This document shows positions 38,201 through 46,702 of a stretch of 63,505 nt of DNA, in pieces. A program made the position numbers and the translations under genes. Under the pieces are notes generated by a model. It was not told the origin of the DNA. It did not search any database and saw nothing but the letters and a program-made list of their open reading frames with translations. The stretch is from a virus (taxonomy: Duplodnaviria > Caudoviricetes): positions 1 to 63,505 of the IMG/VR virus record IMGVR_UViG_3300036791_000918, one strand, 5' to 3'. Numbering within the stretch: position 1 is the first letter of the stretch; each line of letters opens with the position of its first letter.

Positions 38201-38756
38201 CATTCCCAAGATCGTCTTGGGGATACGCGATATTAGCAATGGTGATTATCTCAATGGATTGATCCGCATGTCGCCAGAGATTTTGAAGGCGCCATCAGAG
38301 GCTTTCCGGCTTGCTGAGCATGGATTTGTCAACCATCTGGATGGAACGACGTTGCCGATTGGTGGGCCGGGTGGTCGTGCTTCAACCACAGATATTATGT
38401 TGACGGCGCTTGGGATCAAGCCAGAGAAACAAGCTGAGTATGAGGAAGTAGCTCGGGAGGAGCTTGGGCTGCGGACCATGCGGCAGTTAAGCCACGCGAA
38501 CATCTCTCAGCATTTGCAGAACGCATGGATGCAGAACGACACAGGGATGTTCAACAATTGGATGCTCGAAGCGCAGAAGTGGCAAGTAGATCACCCAGGT
38601 CTGGTACCTCCACAAGCCACTTTTGGGCGGGCGCTTGAGAACCACCTACGTCAGTCCGCGATAGCGCGCGGCATGGGGCTGCCACTTGGAGTACAGCCGC
38701 GGGATATCGCTGGTCGCGGGATGCTTCAGTACGGCAACATACGACCGGAGCAGTGA
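32259..38756 (+). CDS. giant (2165 aa) internal virion/ejection protein with a HExxH metallopeptidase-like domain
   Basis: Hydrophobic G/A-rich N-terminal segments, VHEMVHA...HEMVSEAMAN, helical C-terminal region. Confidence 0.75.
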   Translation: MAELYPYTPRFDSYLPPYEPSASASASALPTRTLPTAVPATGQGDWLTAGVMSGFHSALSEGARALQAGATMSGAPDAAQSISDFAEEHHRRAQAYARPDLEESPWSPAGIAYNIARMVPMGLAAFGGGAVGAALAPEAATGAGATALAVGARALLPRLLGASVATYPFVTGANVEREISETGELRHPGRAALLGVPEAALQGYLPGKLEAFFGKSVLEGIKHSAIAQGVAGGGTEALTQFMGDPNRGFADRAAAVGQSALSGAALGGIIGTGFAGFRSLAGKPTSQVLNDPKAQADVVDQMLSPDQVLQNRMAGRQPREPLSEPPPAVVQAGPPLQGMEPTELWQRFDKAQEQLKINPQDARALDDYRLLGQEFTRRSAAMEPAPATPEPPRQIAYQPGVVPLEMRGPLQDIPGGEIAGRIDVLRPPRTQVEAEELRQLVQEQQRRATEAAAAAAEAPGPPKLLPPPPTREGPPLQDMNATGLMDRAHYVQSWLAINPDDPRALRASELLGQELSRRMEATAKPAEPGAPAAEPGAPGAPGAPGAPTAAEPAAPPAVLDFTKGAVKAGGKLYTAASDADKATMRQPLIEAIIKRAGDGKDPTALQNRWADELDIWGDLEKAMTAERPPETPLAVKAEVPPVVAAAEVPKAPPAAPAEPDLDIPEFLRRTPPAPAEPAAPPAPAPPPASAAPIKTAEDRVTALSGIGEHIDAIAKTDPETAKKSADEADTIMRLLPNVEKNPGLGLSLNVRLTRLRNQVEAAAQQPADAVASPELTPSPTAEAKVAPTGDLDKRLSTARTALDNLRSSLKGHPDPDVEGALTANAKWLEQAGKAGVPDEYGAALTTNPKTAEETDLSMVTPRNQRQYKLLNEYDTAHEAVLQELRGLSDSRARVVASRDGLPVSQLDADVTDLHQRGVPLADVADHIIEHTPDPETAEIVAKLKPFLPEDAKTVFRDGVADKEGEYFTKQKTSALYNAADAAVTSVHEMVHAVMHRALEGDSAAARAMRGIYDQLKSKGDHAGITDAHEMVSEAMANPVYRDFLKSQMVKGTSLWDRMIDTVRGFIGLDPRLYNAFDRIMTHGDDLMKEQQQYANSWVGPDSYARVLGNAMSSVSSNADQGLGSILRKAWLNFNDTAGKYGLGWATDFRIGQLQGNVIKSMRPYVEATGPRQQARKEAIGMLGQTAEQVSNALPVAERDLVNKVMRESNGYGVDPQRPLSAQPDLHNDPDRINRLASVTADYNQLSPEGKKAFEFQRATSSSHYLMTLVDDMQQVERTLPGGLAQDRFDDFTNRTGLYTRPDKAEGFWKQVFTDEQTALTDRRNALSGERAKIDTQLAAKSPLPPDQVKELTKQRDALQGNVDAIDDVLKDTLSKRDTAAKAPHFHQGRNGDFFVLNKLFTDPDGTVNQQKLTQFADRLEKTFPGVTILEGSQNDTAYMRVKSAGQMDMMFKAIKQAQADGLISPTGAARGEVTDPHIFNALASPAMLRKVVEQMRSLRGEAPAGATPETVDALNKADTNRERDLRRILLNTMQENSMGRLMAQRHNVPGYNADMIREAANASKIMANSLARTTLAPEVGELQAKMRDELTALKENPDISSDALLGASRAVSELLIRDGNKQSYASPTPFDALRRFSHTASVGSSPTYPLTLASQNLTTTLPEFLKLHSPVASMRAMTGAAPDAWALLRAVTGTPNWDKAGITDDAIENSTLSAERKAQARAMVAGGSLQQVYSAEMTDHSPMQVGHNSTGLKLANSMGFYSEQLPRLIAGFAAHDLYDSGKRPTSVNYKNMTAEQYADHVMNETQGTWGAGTPRQLTTGGMFGTYSPVFNQFMNWSTQMTGKMYQELRDSVKGDKDTRSEAQRWLLAHAGATTMLAGVLGLPALSVMSSVYDRLMNWVTNRDDHDLTASTRTFLADTFGKDMGEVIARGLPRAIGVDFGHWGEATTVPGSSTINMLLEKRKFDDAWRDWAKSMTGAGVGNIPKIVLGIRDISNGDYLNGLIRMSPEILKAPSEAFRLAEHGFVNHLDGTTLPIGGPGGRASTTDIMLTALGIKPEKQAEYEEVAREELGLRTMRQLSHANISQHLQNAWMQNDTGMFNNWMLEAQKWQVDHPGLVPPQATFGRALENHLRQSAIARGMGLPLGVQPRDIAGRGMLQYGNIRPEQ

Positions 38757-39874
38757 TGGCACAGGAGCAATTCCTTCGACAGGCTCAGAACGCTCCACTG
38801 CCAGCGCCTGCCGAGGTCGGCAAGGTTCTGAACTCTTGGGACGGGCTCAAGAACACGATGCAGCCGGAGCGGCTCGGGGACAAGGACCTGGTCCGTGCGC
38901 GCAACGTCGTCCTGGACGACAGCGGTCAGCCGTCGCGACGACGCGGCTACACGCTGAAGCTCAGGGGTAACGTGCACTCGTTGTTTACGGCGCACGAGGG
39001 AACTGTCCTTGGGGTGGTCGACAGCGAGCTGAGCGTTATCAATCCGGACTACTCCCACCAGCCGTTGGCGTTCATCGGTACAGACCCGGCCGCCGGCATG
39101 TTGCCGCTGGCTTACGCTCAGGTGGGTGATCTGGTCTATTACACGAGTGAGGTCGACCGCGGTATCGTGAGCGTCCCTGGGCGCAGCTGGAGCCCGTGGG
39201 GCGATCCGACTGATCTCTGGCTCTCGCCGGTGGTCAACCCTACGGAAACGCTCCCAGCGATCGCTGGGCGGCTTCTGAAGCAGCCTCCGAACGCGAGCAC
39301 CCTGACCTACTTCAATGGCCGGCTCTACCTTGGCCAGGTTCGCACGCTATGGGCGACTGATCTCTATCTCTACAATCTCGTCGATGCGACGTCAGGCTAC
39401 AAGATGTTCGAGAGCGACATCACCATGCTTGGGACGGTGACGGACGGGGTCTACGTGGGGACGGAGGGGAGCATCTGGTTCCTGTCCGGGCCGACTTTCG
39501 CTGAGATGAAACGCACGTGGGTCATGGACGCGGGCGTGATCCCTGGCTCCATGGTGTACATCCCTGGCGAGCTTGGTAACCCACCTCAGGTGCCGCTCAA
39601 TGCAACGACGCCGATCGAATCGGCGATCATGTTCATGACGACCAAGGGCGTCTGCATTGCGACAGACGGCGGCAAGGTAACCAACATGACGGAGACCAAG
39701 TACGTCTTTCCGGATGCGGCCTATGCTGCGGCATTGTATCGTCGAGAAGATGGAGTGAACCAGTATATAGCTTCATTGGAGAGTGGGGGTTCGCCGCTGC
39801 AGAGGGCGGCAATTGGTGACCACCTCGATGTCACGATCATCCGCGGCTCTGGGTTTCCAAACGGTAGGCCATAA
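38753..39874 (+). CDS. tail tube/nozzle-like beta-rich protein (putative)
   Basis: GLKNT..PERL...L..ARNV.LD..G..SRRRGY start, typical of podophage tail proteins. Confidence 0.6.
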   Translation: MMAQEQFLRQAQNAPLPAPAEVGKVLNSWDGLKNTMQPERLGDKDLVRARNVVLDDSGQPSRRRGYTLKLRGNVHSLFTAHEGTVLGVVDSELSVINPDYSHQPLAFIGTDPAAGMLPLAYAQVGDLVYYTSEVDRGIVSVPGRSWSPWGDPTDLWLSPVVNPTETLPAIAGRLLKQPPNASTLTYFNGRLYLGQVRTLWATDLYLYNLVDATSGYKMFESDITMLGTVTDGVYVGTEGSIWFLSGPTFAEMKRTWVMDAGVIPGSMVYIPGELGNPPQVPLNATTPIESAIMFMTTKGVCIATDGGKVTNMTETKYVFPDAAYAAALYRREDGVNQYIASLESGGSPLQRAAIGDHLDVTIIRGSGFPNGRP

Positions 39875-39876
39875 CA

Positions 39877-40857
39877 ATGGACAGACCGCTGATTTGCGAT
39901 GGTGACTATGGCTCACTGGTGCTCCTCGTACAGGAGTGCCTACGGTGTGAACTGGACAGCATGCTCGGCCCCGAGACCGAGAAGGCTGTGAAGAAATTCC
40001 AGGATGATCATAATCTGGACAACGACGGTATTGTCGGACCGACGACGTGGGCCAAGCTTGCTGAGGTCTATGACCTGCCGCCCTACCCAGCACCAATGTT
40101 CAGGCCGTTACCGCGCGATGTGATTGATCAGATCGAGGAAGTTGCGGCTGCGAGCGACGCCGCCGATCTGCTCTGGGACGATCGTGGCGTTGCACCGGCG
40201 GGCTATACCCAGGGCATGGCGCTGGCCTATGCCACGTGCGTTCGCAAGTTCGAGCAGGGCGATATGACGGCGCACGAGATCGCCAAGGCTGAGACCGGCG
40301 ATAGTGACCATGACGCGCTTGCACTCTATCGCAAGCAGTTTCAAGCGCTTGGCATGAACAACAACATCGCAGGGCGCAACGTGCTACGGAATGTTTTCGT
40401 GTTCCTGCTCGGGCTTGGGATGCGTGAGAGTTCGGGCCAGCACTGCTGCGGGCGCGATCAGAGCGCGGACAATGTTCAGAGTGAGACCTGCGAGGCCGGG
40501 CTGTTCCAGACCAGCTGGAACTACCACGTCTGTGCGACCGACGCCGAGACGCTGTTCGATGAGTATCGCCATGCGCTTTCCGGGCGCGAGCCTCAGTGTC
40601 AGCTCGCGGTGTTCGAGCGGGGCGTGAGCTGCGGCGGGGATGACTGGGAGAACTACGGCTCGGGCACGGGCGCGGAGTTTCAGGAGCTATCCAAGATTTG
40701 CCCGGCCTTCGCGGTCGAGAGCGCGGCTGTCGGCATCCGCAATCTGCGCAAGCACTGGGGCCCGATCGGCAAAATGGCGGTCGAGATCACGCCCGAGGCC
40801 GAGGCCCTGTTCAGGGAGATCGACGAGATTCTAGCTGTCGGCGAAGCTGTCGCCTAG
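39877..40857 (+). CDS. peptidoglycan-binding domain protein with putative muralytic domain
   Basis: GPETEKAVKKFQ...L..DGIVGPTTW (PG_binding_1); MRESSG...AGLFQ suggests a lysozyme-like fold. Confidence 0.75.
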   Translation: MDRPLICDGDYGSLVLLVQECLRCELDSMLGPETEKAVKKFQDDHNLDNDGIVGPTTWAKLAEVYDLPPYPAPMFRPLPRDVIDQIEEVAAASDAADLLWDDRGVAPAGYTQGMALAYATCVRKFEQGDMTAHEIAKAETGDSDHDALALYRKQFQALGMNNNIAGRNVLRNVFVFLLGLGMRESSGQHCCGRDQSADNVQSETCEAGLFQTSWNYHVCATDAETLFDEYRHALSGREPQCQLAVFERGVSCGGDDWENYGSGTGAEFQELSKICPAFAVESAAVGIRNLRKHWGPIGKMAVEITPEAEALFREIDEILAVGEAVA

Positions 40858-41246
40858 GATGGGCTCGCTGCAACCTTCATCTGGTCAACCAGGACAATGC
40901 TAGTCGGGACTGGGAAATTCACAAACTTGGATGGGATGATGGTGATCTCGCCGACGTTCTGAACGGAGATGGTGCCATCGGCAAGGGTGGCTCGGACCTC
41001 GTACCGGTACGTGGTTACTGCTAGGTTAGTCTGCTGGTCCGGGGCGATCTCGAACTGGTAGGCGCCTGAAGTGGGAGGTTGGAGGATCGTGCCGACCAAG
41101 TCGAAGATCACCGAATTGTCTAGTGTGACGCGCAATTGTATGGTGGCGCCAGTGAGGTCGACGATGATGCCGTTGGCGTCTCGGACGTAGCCGGAGATGA
41201 CCCAGGTCTCGCCGATGTAGAAGGTGCCGCTCTGCCAGATGCTCAT
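40854..41246 (-). CDS. BppU-N-like beta-sandwich protein encoded antisense
   Basis: GETW...RDANG..VDLTGATI...YRYEVRAT..DG; AAGG RBS. Confidence 0.6.
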   Translation of the reverse strand: MSIWQSGTFYIGETWVISGYVRDANGIIVDLTGATIQLRVTLDNSVIFDLVGTILQPPTSGAYQFEIAPDQQTNLAVTTYRYEVRATLADGTISVQNVGEITIIPSKFVNFPVPTSIVLVDQMKVAASPS

Positions 41247-41270
41247 GGTCTAACCTTAGGAGGGTTTCCG

Positions 41271-41822
41271 ATGTTGCCGACTCCTCGCGCGCAGCCGCTG
41301 CTGGTTCCCGATCGGCGATTGCTGGTACCCCACAAGACTATCCTCGGTGGACGCATTCAGGGGAAGATCATCCGGGATAAGCGGGTGATCGACGAGTTTG
41401 ATATCAAAAACATCGTTGTCAACCAAGGACTTAACTACCTCCTGGGAGCTGCGCTCGGCGCTCAGTCGGTGGTGACGAATTGGTTCATCGCCCTGTTTTC
41501 CAATAACTACACCATTCTGTCGAGCGATACAGCGGCTACGATCTCGGCGAATGCTGGCGAGGTGACGCAGTACACGGCCGGGACCCGGCAGGCTTGGCAG
41601 TCACAACCCCCGGCGAGCCAGTCGATTACCAATGCGACGAATCAGGCATCGTTCACATTCAACGCGACGCTGAACGTCTACGGCGCGTTCCTGATTTCGT
41701 CTTCGGCGATCAACGGCACCAGCGGCACGCTGTTCTCTGGTGCACAGTTTGGCTCTCCCAAGTCGGTGGTCAGTTCGGACATCCTGCAGCTGACGTACAC
41801 CTTCACCGCGGCGTCCGCATAA
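41271..41822 (+). CDS. tail-associated structural protein
   Basis: AGGAGG RBS; NIVVNQGLNYLL...YGAFL...GTLFS...F. Confidence 0.7.
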   Translation: MLPTPRAQPLLVPDRRLLVPHKTILGGRIQGKIIRDKRVIDEFDIKNIVVNQGLNYLLGAALGAQSVVTNWFIALFSNNYTILSSDTAATISANAGEVTQYTAGTRQAWQSQPPASQSITNATNQASFTFNATLNVYGAFLISSSAINGTSGTLFSGAQFGSPKSVVSSDILQLTYTFTAASA

Positions 41823-41834
41823 TAGGAGGTCACC

Positions 41835-42269
41835 ATGGCTGGCGGTAAGGGCAGTACGTTCGACAACGACCTTCTTAAGCTGATTTTTAACGGCGTCGCG
41901 ATTGCCGGCATCGCCGACAATGCAGCCTCGGCTCCGCTGACGGCTCTGTTCTTGTCGCTTCATACGGCTGATCCCGGTGTAGGTGGGGGCCAGACCACCA
42001 ACGAAGCGGCTTATGGGGGCTATACTCGAATGCCGGTGACGCGCAATCCGGGGGGCTTCGCAGTGTCCGGCAACGCGGTGACGTTGACGGCTGCGATAAT
42101 TTTCCCGACTGCAAGTAGTGGCAGTGAAAATGAGACTTATGCCGCGGTCGGCACAACAGTGACTGGATCAGGCAAGATTTTGTACCGTGGGCCGATCACA
42201 CCAACTCTCAACATAACGACTGGCATAGCGCCGCAACTCACAGCCGGGACGACAATCACTGAGAGTTAA
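41835..42269 (+). CDS. LHTADPG-type fibre/structural protein (paralogue of 27544..27981)
   Basis: ADNAASAPLTALFLSLHTADPG...EAAYGGYTR. Confidence 0.75.
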   Translation: MAGGKGSTFDNDLLKLIFNGVAIAGIADNAASAPLTALFLSLHTADPGVGGGQTTNEAAYGGYTRMPVTRNPGGFAVSGNAVTLTAAIIFPTASSGSENETYAAVGTTVTGSGKILYRGPITPTLNITTGIAPQLTAGTTITES

Positions 42270-42274
42270 CCGCG

Positions 42275-43786
42275 ATGTATGTCTTTGGCGATAGCTTCGA
42301 TCTTTACACAACTGGGGCGGACTTAGCTCCAGGCTTTTGGGATAGTGTGGTTACCGGTCCATCATACATGGCGGGACGTTTCGACGGTCGGGCCGCAAAT
42401 TTTAGTGTCGGCACTAGTGCTACCAAGTCGTCTGGCGCGAACGATTCGGTTCACCATTTTACCTTCGCTTTCTATGACAGTAGTTTAGCTGGTTCGCCGA
42501 GCGGTGTTATCGGACCTTGTGTCACCCTTTATGATGGCGCGACGGCGCAGTGTACTGTTGGGTTCAGGAATGACGGCTCGTTGAATTTGGCGTCTGGGGG
42601 CGGGTCAGGGACCATCCTCGATACCTGGACGCCAGCGTATCCCACGGCAGGGCAGTGGGTTGCTTATGAGATTGAGGTTGTTGTCCACGGCACGAATGGC
42701 GGATGGACGATCCGTCGCAGCGGTAACACCTCCAACGATCGCTCTACGATGGGGCTCAATACCCGCAATAGTGCCAACAACTACGCTAACAAGATAGCGC
42801 TGGGTATGGTGCAAAACATCAGCGCAACAATGGCTTTTGATGACTTCCTTTGGCGCTCCGATCCGTCCAGCGTGCCATGGGTTGGCGACATTCGTTGCTA
42901 CACGCGGATGCCGATGACGGATAGCTCGGTGCAATTCAGCCGGGTCGGGTCATCTAGCACCCAATTATGGAGTAATACCGGTATCACGAATGCGCTTGCA
43001 GCCAATCAATGTGAGTACCTTCAAATAACAGCACCAAGAACTGGTTTGCTAACTTCTGTGTCTTTTGATTGTACTAACGGTGGTGGTGGCACAGGGCACG
43101 TCAAACTCGCGCTGTTTTCTTCGGTTGGAAATGCTGTAGGTACTGTGTTGGCGACCTCAAATGAGATTACCAACCCAGGAAATGCGATCATCACAGCAAC
43201 GTTTCCAACTCCATATCGAATGATCGCAGGGACAGTTTACTGGATCGGGATCATTCAAGATGCCAGTATTACGTACAGGATCATCAACAGCAGCAGTATT
43301 GGTACCAGCGGCATCAATGCCATCACGTTGAGCACCACGTCATATGCGTCTTGGCCGATATCCAATCCTGGTGGCACGATTGCTGCCATAAATGTGCCGG
43401 GTCTTTTTACGCTTTACCTTACTCCTTCAAACAATGCAGATACTGTCAACGAGCCGCAGCAGGATGGTGTTACTACTTACGTCTTCGATAGTGTCGTTGG
43501 GGATAGAGACTTTTACGGTATCGCTGCTCGTAATTCTCCTGCGCCGCCTGCCTCGACGGTTGCTGTCATCACTCGTGGCTTCATGCAGCGCTCCGATGCT
43601 GGTTCGCGCACGGCAGCGGTGCAGCTCAAGTCAGGCGCCACTACAGTACAATCAACACCGACTCAGCCAAACAGCGGCAGCTTCTCATGGCTCTACCGCG
43701 CTGATCTCACCGACCCGAACACGAGCGCAGCATGGGCGCCATCGGCGGTCGATGCCGTTCAGGTCGGGCCGATCGTTATAAGCTGA
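42275..43786 (+). CDS. beta-rich tail/receptor-binding protein (putative)
   Basis: Lectin-like N-terminal part, lower-GC central part, DPNTSAAW C-terminus. Confidence 0.65.
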   Translation: MYVFGDSFDLYTTGADLAPGFWDSVVTGPSYMAGRFDGRAANFSVGTSATKSSGANDSVHHFTFAFYDSSLAGSPSGVIGPCVTLYDGATAQCTVGFRNDGSLNLASGGGSGTILDTWTPAYPTAGQWVAYEIEVVVHGTNGGWTIRRSGNTSNDRSTMGLNTRNSANNYANKIALGMVQNISATMAFDDFLWRSDPSSVPWVGDIRCYTRMPMTDSSVQFSRVGSSSTQLWSNTGITNALAANQCEYLQITAPRTGLLTSVSFDCTNGGGGTGHVKLALFSSVGNAVGTVLATSNEITNPGNAIITATFPTPYRMIAGTVYWIGIIQDASITYRIINSSSIGTSGINAITLSTTSYASWPISNPGGTIAAINVPGLFTLYLTPSNNADTVNEPQQDGVTTYVFDSVVGDRDFYGIAARNSPAPPASTVAVITRGFMQRSDAGSRTAAVQLKSGATTVQSTPTQPNSGSFSWLYRADLTDPNTSAAWAPSAVDAVQVGPIVIS

Positions 43787-43790
43787 TGCG

Positions 43791-45707
43791 ATGGCCGATG
43801 ACCCCTCCACCCGAGATAGCGTTCAGACAACGACAACGACCGCGAACGTAACGCAGGTCGGCGTCGAAGAATTTGCGTCGATCATCCCGCCTCAGCTCCG
43901 GCTCACCCAGGCCGCGGTCGAAGAATGGGCGATGGTGGTTACCCTACTGACTACCGCCGCTCAGATGAACGGCCAGTCCGACATGACGGTTCCTGGTGCC
44001 GTCTATAGGACCACGAGCCCAGCCGCGATGGACGGCCAGTCCGACATGACGGCTCCTGGTGCCGCCTTCGCTATGGGCGCCGCTCATATGGACGGCCAAG
44101 CTCAGTTCTTGGGCGTCACCGTCGTTACGACCTCTGGTGCCGCTCAGGTGGACGGTTTTGCCCAGATGTCGGCTGCTGGTGCCGGTATAGCTATGGGCGC
44201 GGCCAGGATGGACGGCCTGGCTCAGGGGGAATTCGACAGCGCCGATATGGCGAAGGGCACGGCCCAGATGGATGGCCGCGGCTCTTTTGTTCCGATTAGT
44301 GTCGAGGGCGCTGCCATCTTTGAGGCGGATGGCCAAGCCGACGTGTCCTTTACGTCGCCACATTATTTCAAGGTTTCCATATTGAGCGGCATTGTCGGTG
44401 GTCAATCTACATCGGTTCGTATGACCTATGTGGTTACCATGCCGCAGACTTTTGTTGGCGGCTGGCTCATGAAGCCAAAAGTTCGCTACCACCTAGTTCT
44501 TAGTAATCCAATTAACTGGTCTAGCAGCATTAGCTTCAAGATGAAGTTCGTGCAGGTAATGCGCGAAATCGCCATCAGGGTGATTCCTAGCACGGAGACA
44601 CATACAGCATACGGTTACACTATCAATATTCCGATCAAAGTGCAGCCAACGCTGGCTCCGAAGTTTCGTACGGTTCACGACTTGGAAGAGACTCTGACTT
44701 TAAGTCAGACAACGATTCCAAAGTTCATCTGGGGCCGGGCGCTGACGGAGGCGCTCAAGGTCTCTGCTTCCTTAACCACGCACTCGACATACAAGGCATT
44801 ACTGGCGCAGCTGTTCAAGTTCAGTGAGCTTGAAGGTTTCACGTCTCGTCATCCTATCACGCTGAACCAGAACGTCAGCTTATCTCAGCTGCTGACTGGC
44901 GGGATCAGCGTGAAGCTGCTGCAGAAGCTGCTGGCATCAGGCACGGCATCGCCAGGGATTGCGTACCATCTCGGGCTCACCAGCGGTGTGCGTCTCGCGG
45001 ATTTCATAGACAAGCTCTTCTTCGCAATGCTGACCGAGTTGTTCACTGCGCACGATGTCCCCACGCATGCGTTTACTGCGATCGGTTCTCTGAACCAGTT
45101 GCTCACCCTTCACCCGTCGTTCAACAGCAAGCTGGTCTTGCAGCTCACCGGGAACATCCAGGTGAGTCAGGACCAGCTGGTGCAGATGTTGTACCAGGGT
45201 GACCCACTCCTTGATGGAGTGATCATCGACGCACTCTTCATCAGCCCCTCCGGGACAACGACGGCCTGGGCAGTGAACACCAGGACCAACGCGGTTACCG
45301 AGTATCTAAACTATGATTTTAATTCTTATGCGCTGCTGAACAACCGGTACGTTGCGGCTGGCGCCGAGGGGCTCTACGAGCTGGATGGCGATACTGATGA
45401 TGGGGCGCTGATCATCTCCGATCTGATGGGCGGGTATCTGCAGCTCAACGACAAGAAGATGTTCGGCATCAAGGGCGCCTACGTTGCGATCCGCGGCGGC
45501 GGGAGATTTTATCTCAAGCTGATTGCGGGCGACGGGCGCGAGTATGTCTACGAGCTGCGGGCGCAGCCGAACTTGATGACGACCAAGGTCAAGGTCGGCA
45601 AGGGCATAAGCACGACCTACATGGCCTGGGAGCTTGTAACTGAGGGCCAGGATTTCGACCTTGACTCGATCGAGTTCATACCGATGACGAGAGGAAGGAG
45701 AGTGTGA
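43791..45707 (+). CDS. tail protein with about 20-aa MDGQ repeats
   Basis: TQVGVEEF N-terminus, A.MDG.A repeats, C-terminal domain AWAVNT...YLNYDFNS...GDTDDG. Confidence 0.7.
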   Translation: MADDPSTRDSVQTTTTTANVTQVGVEEFASIIPPQLRLTQAAVEEWAMVVTLLTTAAQMNGQSDMTVPGAVYRTTSPAAMDGQSDMTAPGAAFAMGAAHMDGQAQFLGVTVVTTSGAAQVDGFAQMSAAGAGIAMGAARMDGLAQGEFDSADMAKGTAQMDGRGSFVPISVEGAAIFEADGQADVSFTSPHYFKVSILSGIVGGQSTSVRMTYVVTMPQTFVGGWLMKPKVRYHLVLSNPINWSSSISFKMKFVQVMREIAIRVIPSTETHTAYGYTINIPIKVQPTLAPKFRTVHDLEETLTLSQTTIPKFIWGRALTEALKVSASLTTHSTYKALLAQLFKFSELEGFTSRHPITLNQNVSLSQLLTGGISVKLLQKLLASGTASPGIAYHLGLTSGVRLADFIDKLFFAMLTELFTAHDVPTHAFTAIGSLNQLLTLHPSFNSKLVLQLTGNIQVSQDQLVQMLYQGDPLLDGVIIDALFISPSGTTTAWAVNTRTNAVTEYLNYDFNSYALLNNRYVAAGAEGLYELDGDTDDGALIISDLMGGYLQLNDKKMFGIKGAYVAIRGGGRFYLKLIAGDGREYVYELRAQPNLMTTKVKVGKGISTTYMAWELVTEGQDFDLDSIEFIPMTRGRRV

Positions 45708-45874
45708 TGGCGAACCTAGGTCTGGTGCTCTTGGTGTTTGGCTTCGTGTGTGCGGTGTTGGCCACGTTCATGGGGCCTCAGATAGGGCGCTGGCATCTTG
45801 GCTGGGCGGCGATCGCGTTCTGGCTGGCTGCTGAAATCTTTGGCGGGGTCGGACGTCTGTTCGGCACGCATTGA
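45707..45874 (+). CDS. 55-aa two-TM protein (holin candidate)
   Basis: Manual translation MANLGLVLLVFGFVCAVLATFMGPQIGRWHLGWAAIAFWLAAEIFGGVGRLFGTH; AAGGAG RBS. Confidence 0.6.
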   Translation: MANLGLVLLVFGFVCAVLATFMGPQIGRWHLGWAAIAFWLAAEIFGGVGRLFGTH

Positions 45875-45882
45875 CATGACTC

Positions 45883-46491
45883 ATGCCGGATGTTGAGCGA
45901 CCGCCAGGATGGGTGCCGGTTGATCAGGGCGTTGGCCAGGTGCCGATGCCGATCACGACGTCTGTCGACGGCTCCAATGTGGCGCCCCCAGCAGACCCGC
46001 AGAAGCTGGCCACTGAGATAATCAGACAGAACCAGCCGGTCATCAACAGATTCGTCAAAGTACAGCGGCAAGAAATCGAACTCGGCGGACTGGACATCCA
46101 TAGTTCGATCCTCCCCCTGAAAGACATGACTGTCTACTACAGTTATGTACAGGGACTGGAGAAGATGCATTACCACGTCGCTCCACAGGCCGAGGCGGCG
46201 CCAGAGATATCGCAACCTGCAGCACCGGAAGAGCCAACACCGCCAACACCGGAAGAGCCGCCAGAAGTATCAAGGCCGCCAGATGAAGTGCCGGAAGTGC
46301 CGGCGCCGGGCAAACCTCCAGAGGTGCCGGAGGAAGAGCCGCCACCACCGGATGAGCCACCGAAGGAAGAGGAGCCGGAAGTGAAGCCGGAGGAGGAAGA
46401 GAAGAAGGAAAAGAAAGAGCCGGAGTTCTTGGAGATCGACATGCCGTGCTTCTTACCAGTTGAGTTTGGTGATGGCGCTGGTGATCCGTAG
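45883..46491 (+). CDS. hypothetical protein with Pro/Glu-rich C-terminal half
   Basis: ORF in the virion arm. Confidence 0.6.
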   Translation: MPDVERPPGWVPVDQGVGQVPMPITTSVDGSNVAPPADPQKLATEIIRQNQPVINRFVKVQRQEIELGGLDIHSSILPLKDMTVYYSYVQGLEKMHYHVAPQAEAAPEISQPAAPEEPTPPTPEEPPEVSRPPDEVPEVPAPGKPPEVPEEEPPPPDEPPKEEEPEVKPEEEEKKEKKEPEFLEIDMPCFLPVEFGDGAGDP

Positions 46492-46505
46492 GGAGTGGTC
46501 TGATC

Positions 46506-46697
46506 ATGGCTTGTGCTAGTTGTAAGGAACGCGCTGAGTTGCTCTGGAGGGCGCGCGAAGCTTATCGACGTGGCGACATGCCGGAAGCCAGGCGGCTTCT
46601 CAGAGAAATGTTCGGAACTGTAGTGAAGGACGTGGACACGCTAGAGAAGCACGTCTCAGCGGTTTTTCACGGCCTGCTGTCGAACAAACCGAAGTAA
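46506..46697 (+). CDS. small CxxC protein
   Basis: GGAG RBS, MACASC. Confidence 0.55.
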   Translation: MACASCKERAELLWRAREAYRRGDMPEARRLLREMFGTVVKDVDTLEKHVSAVFHGLLSNKPK

Positions 46698-46702
46698 TCG
46701 CC

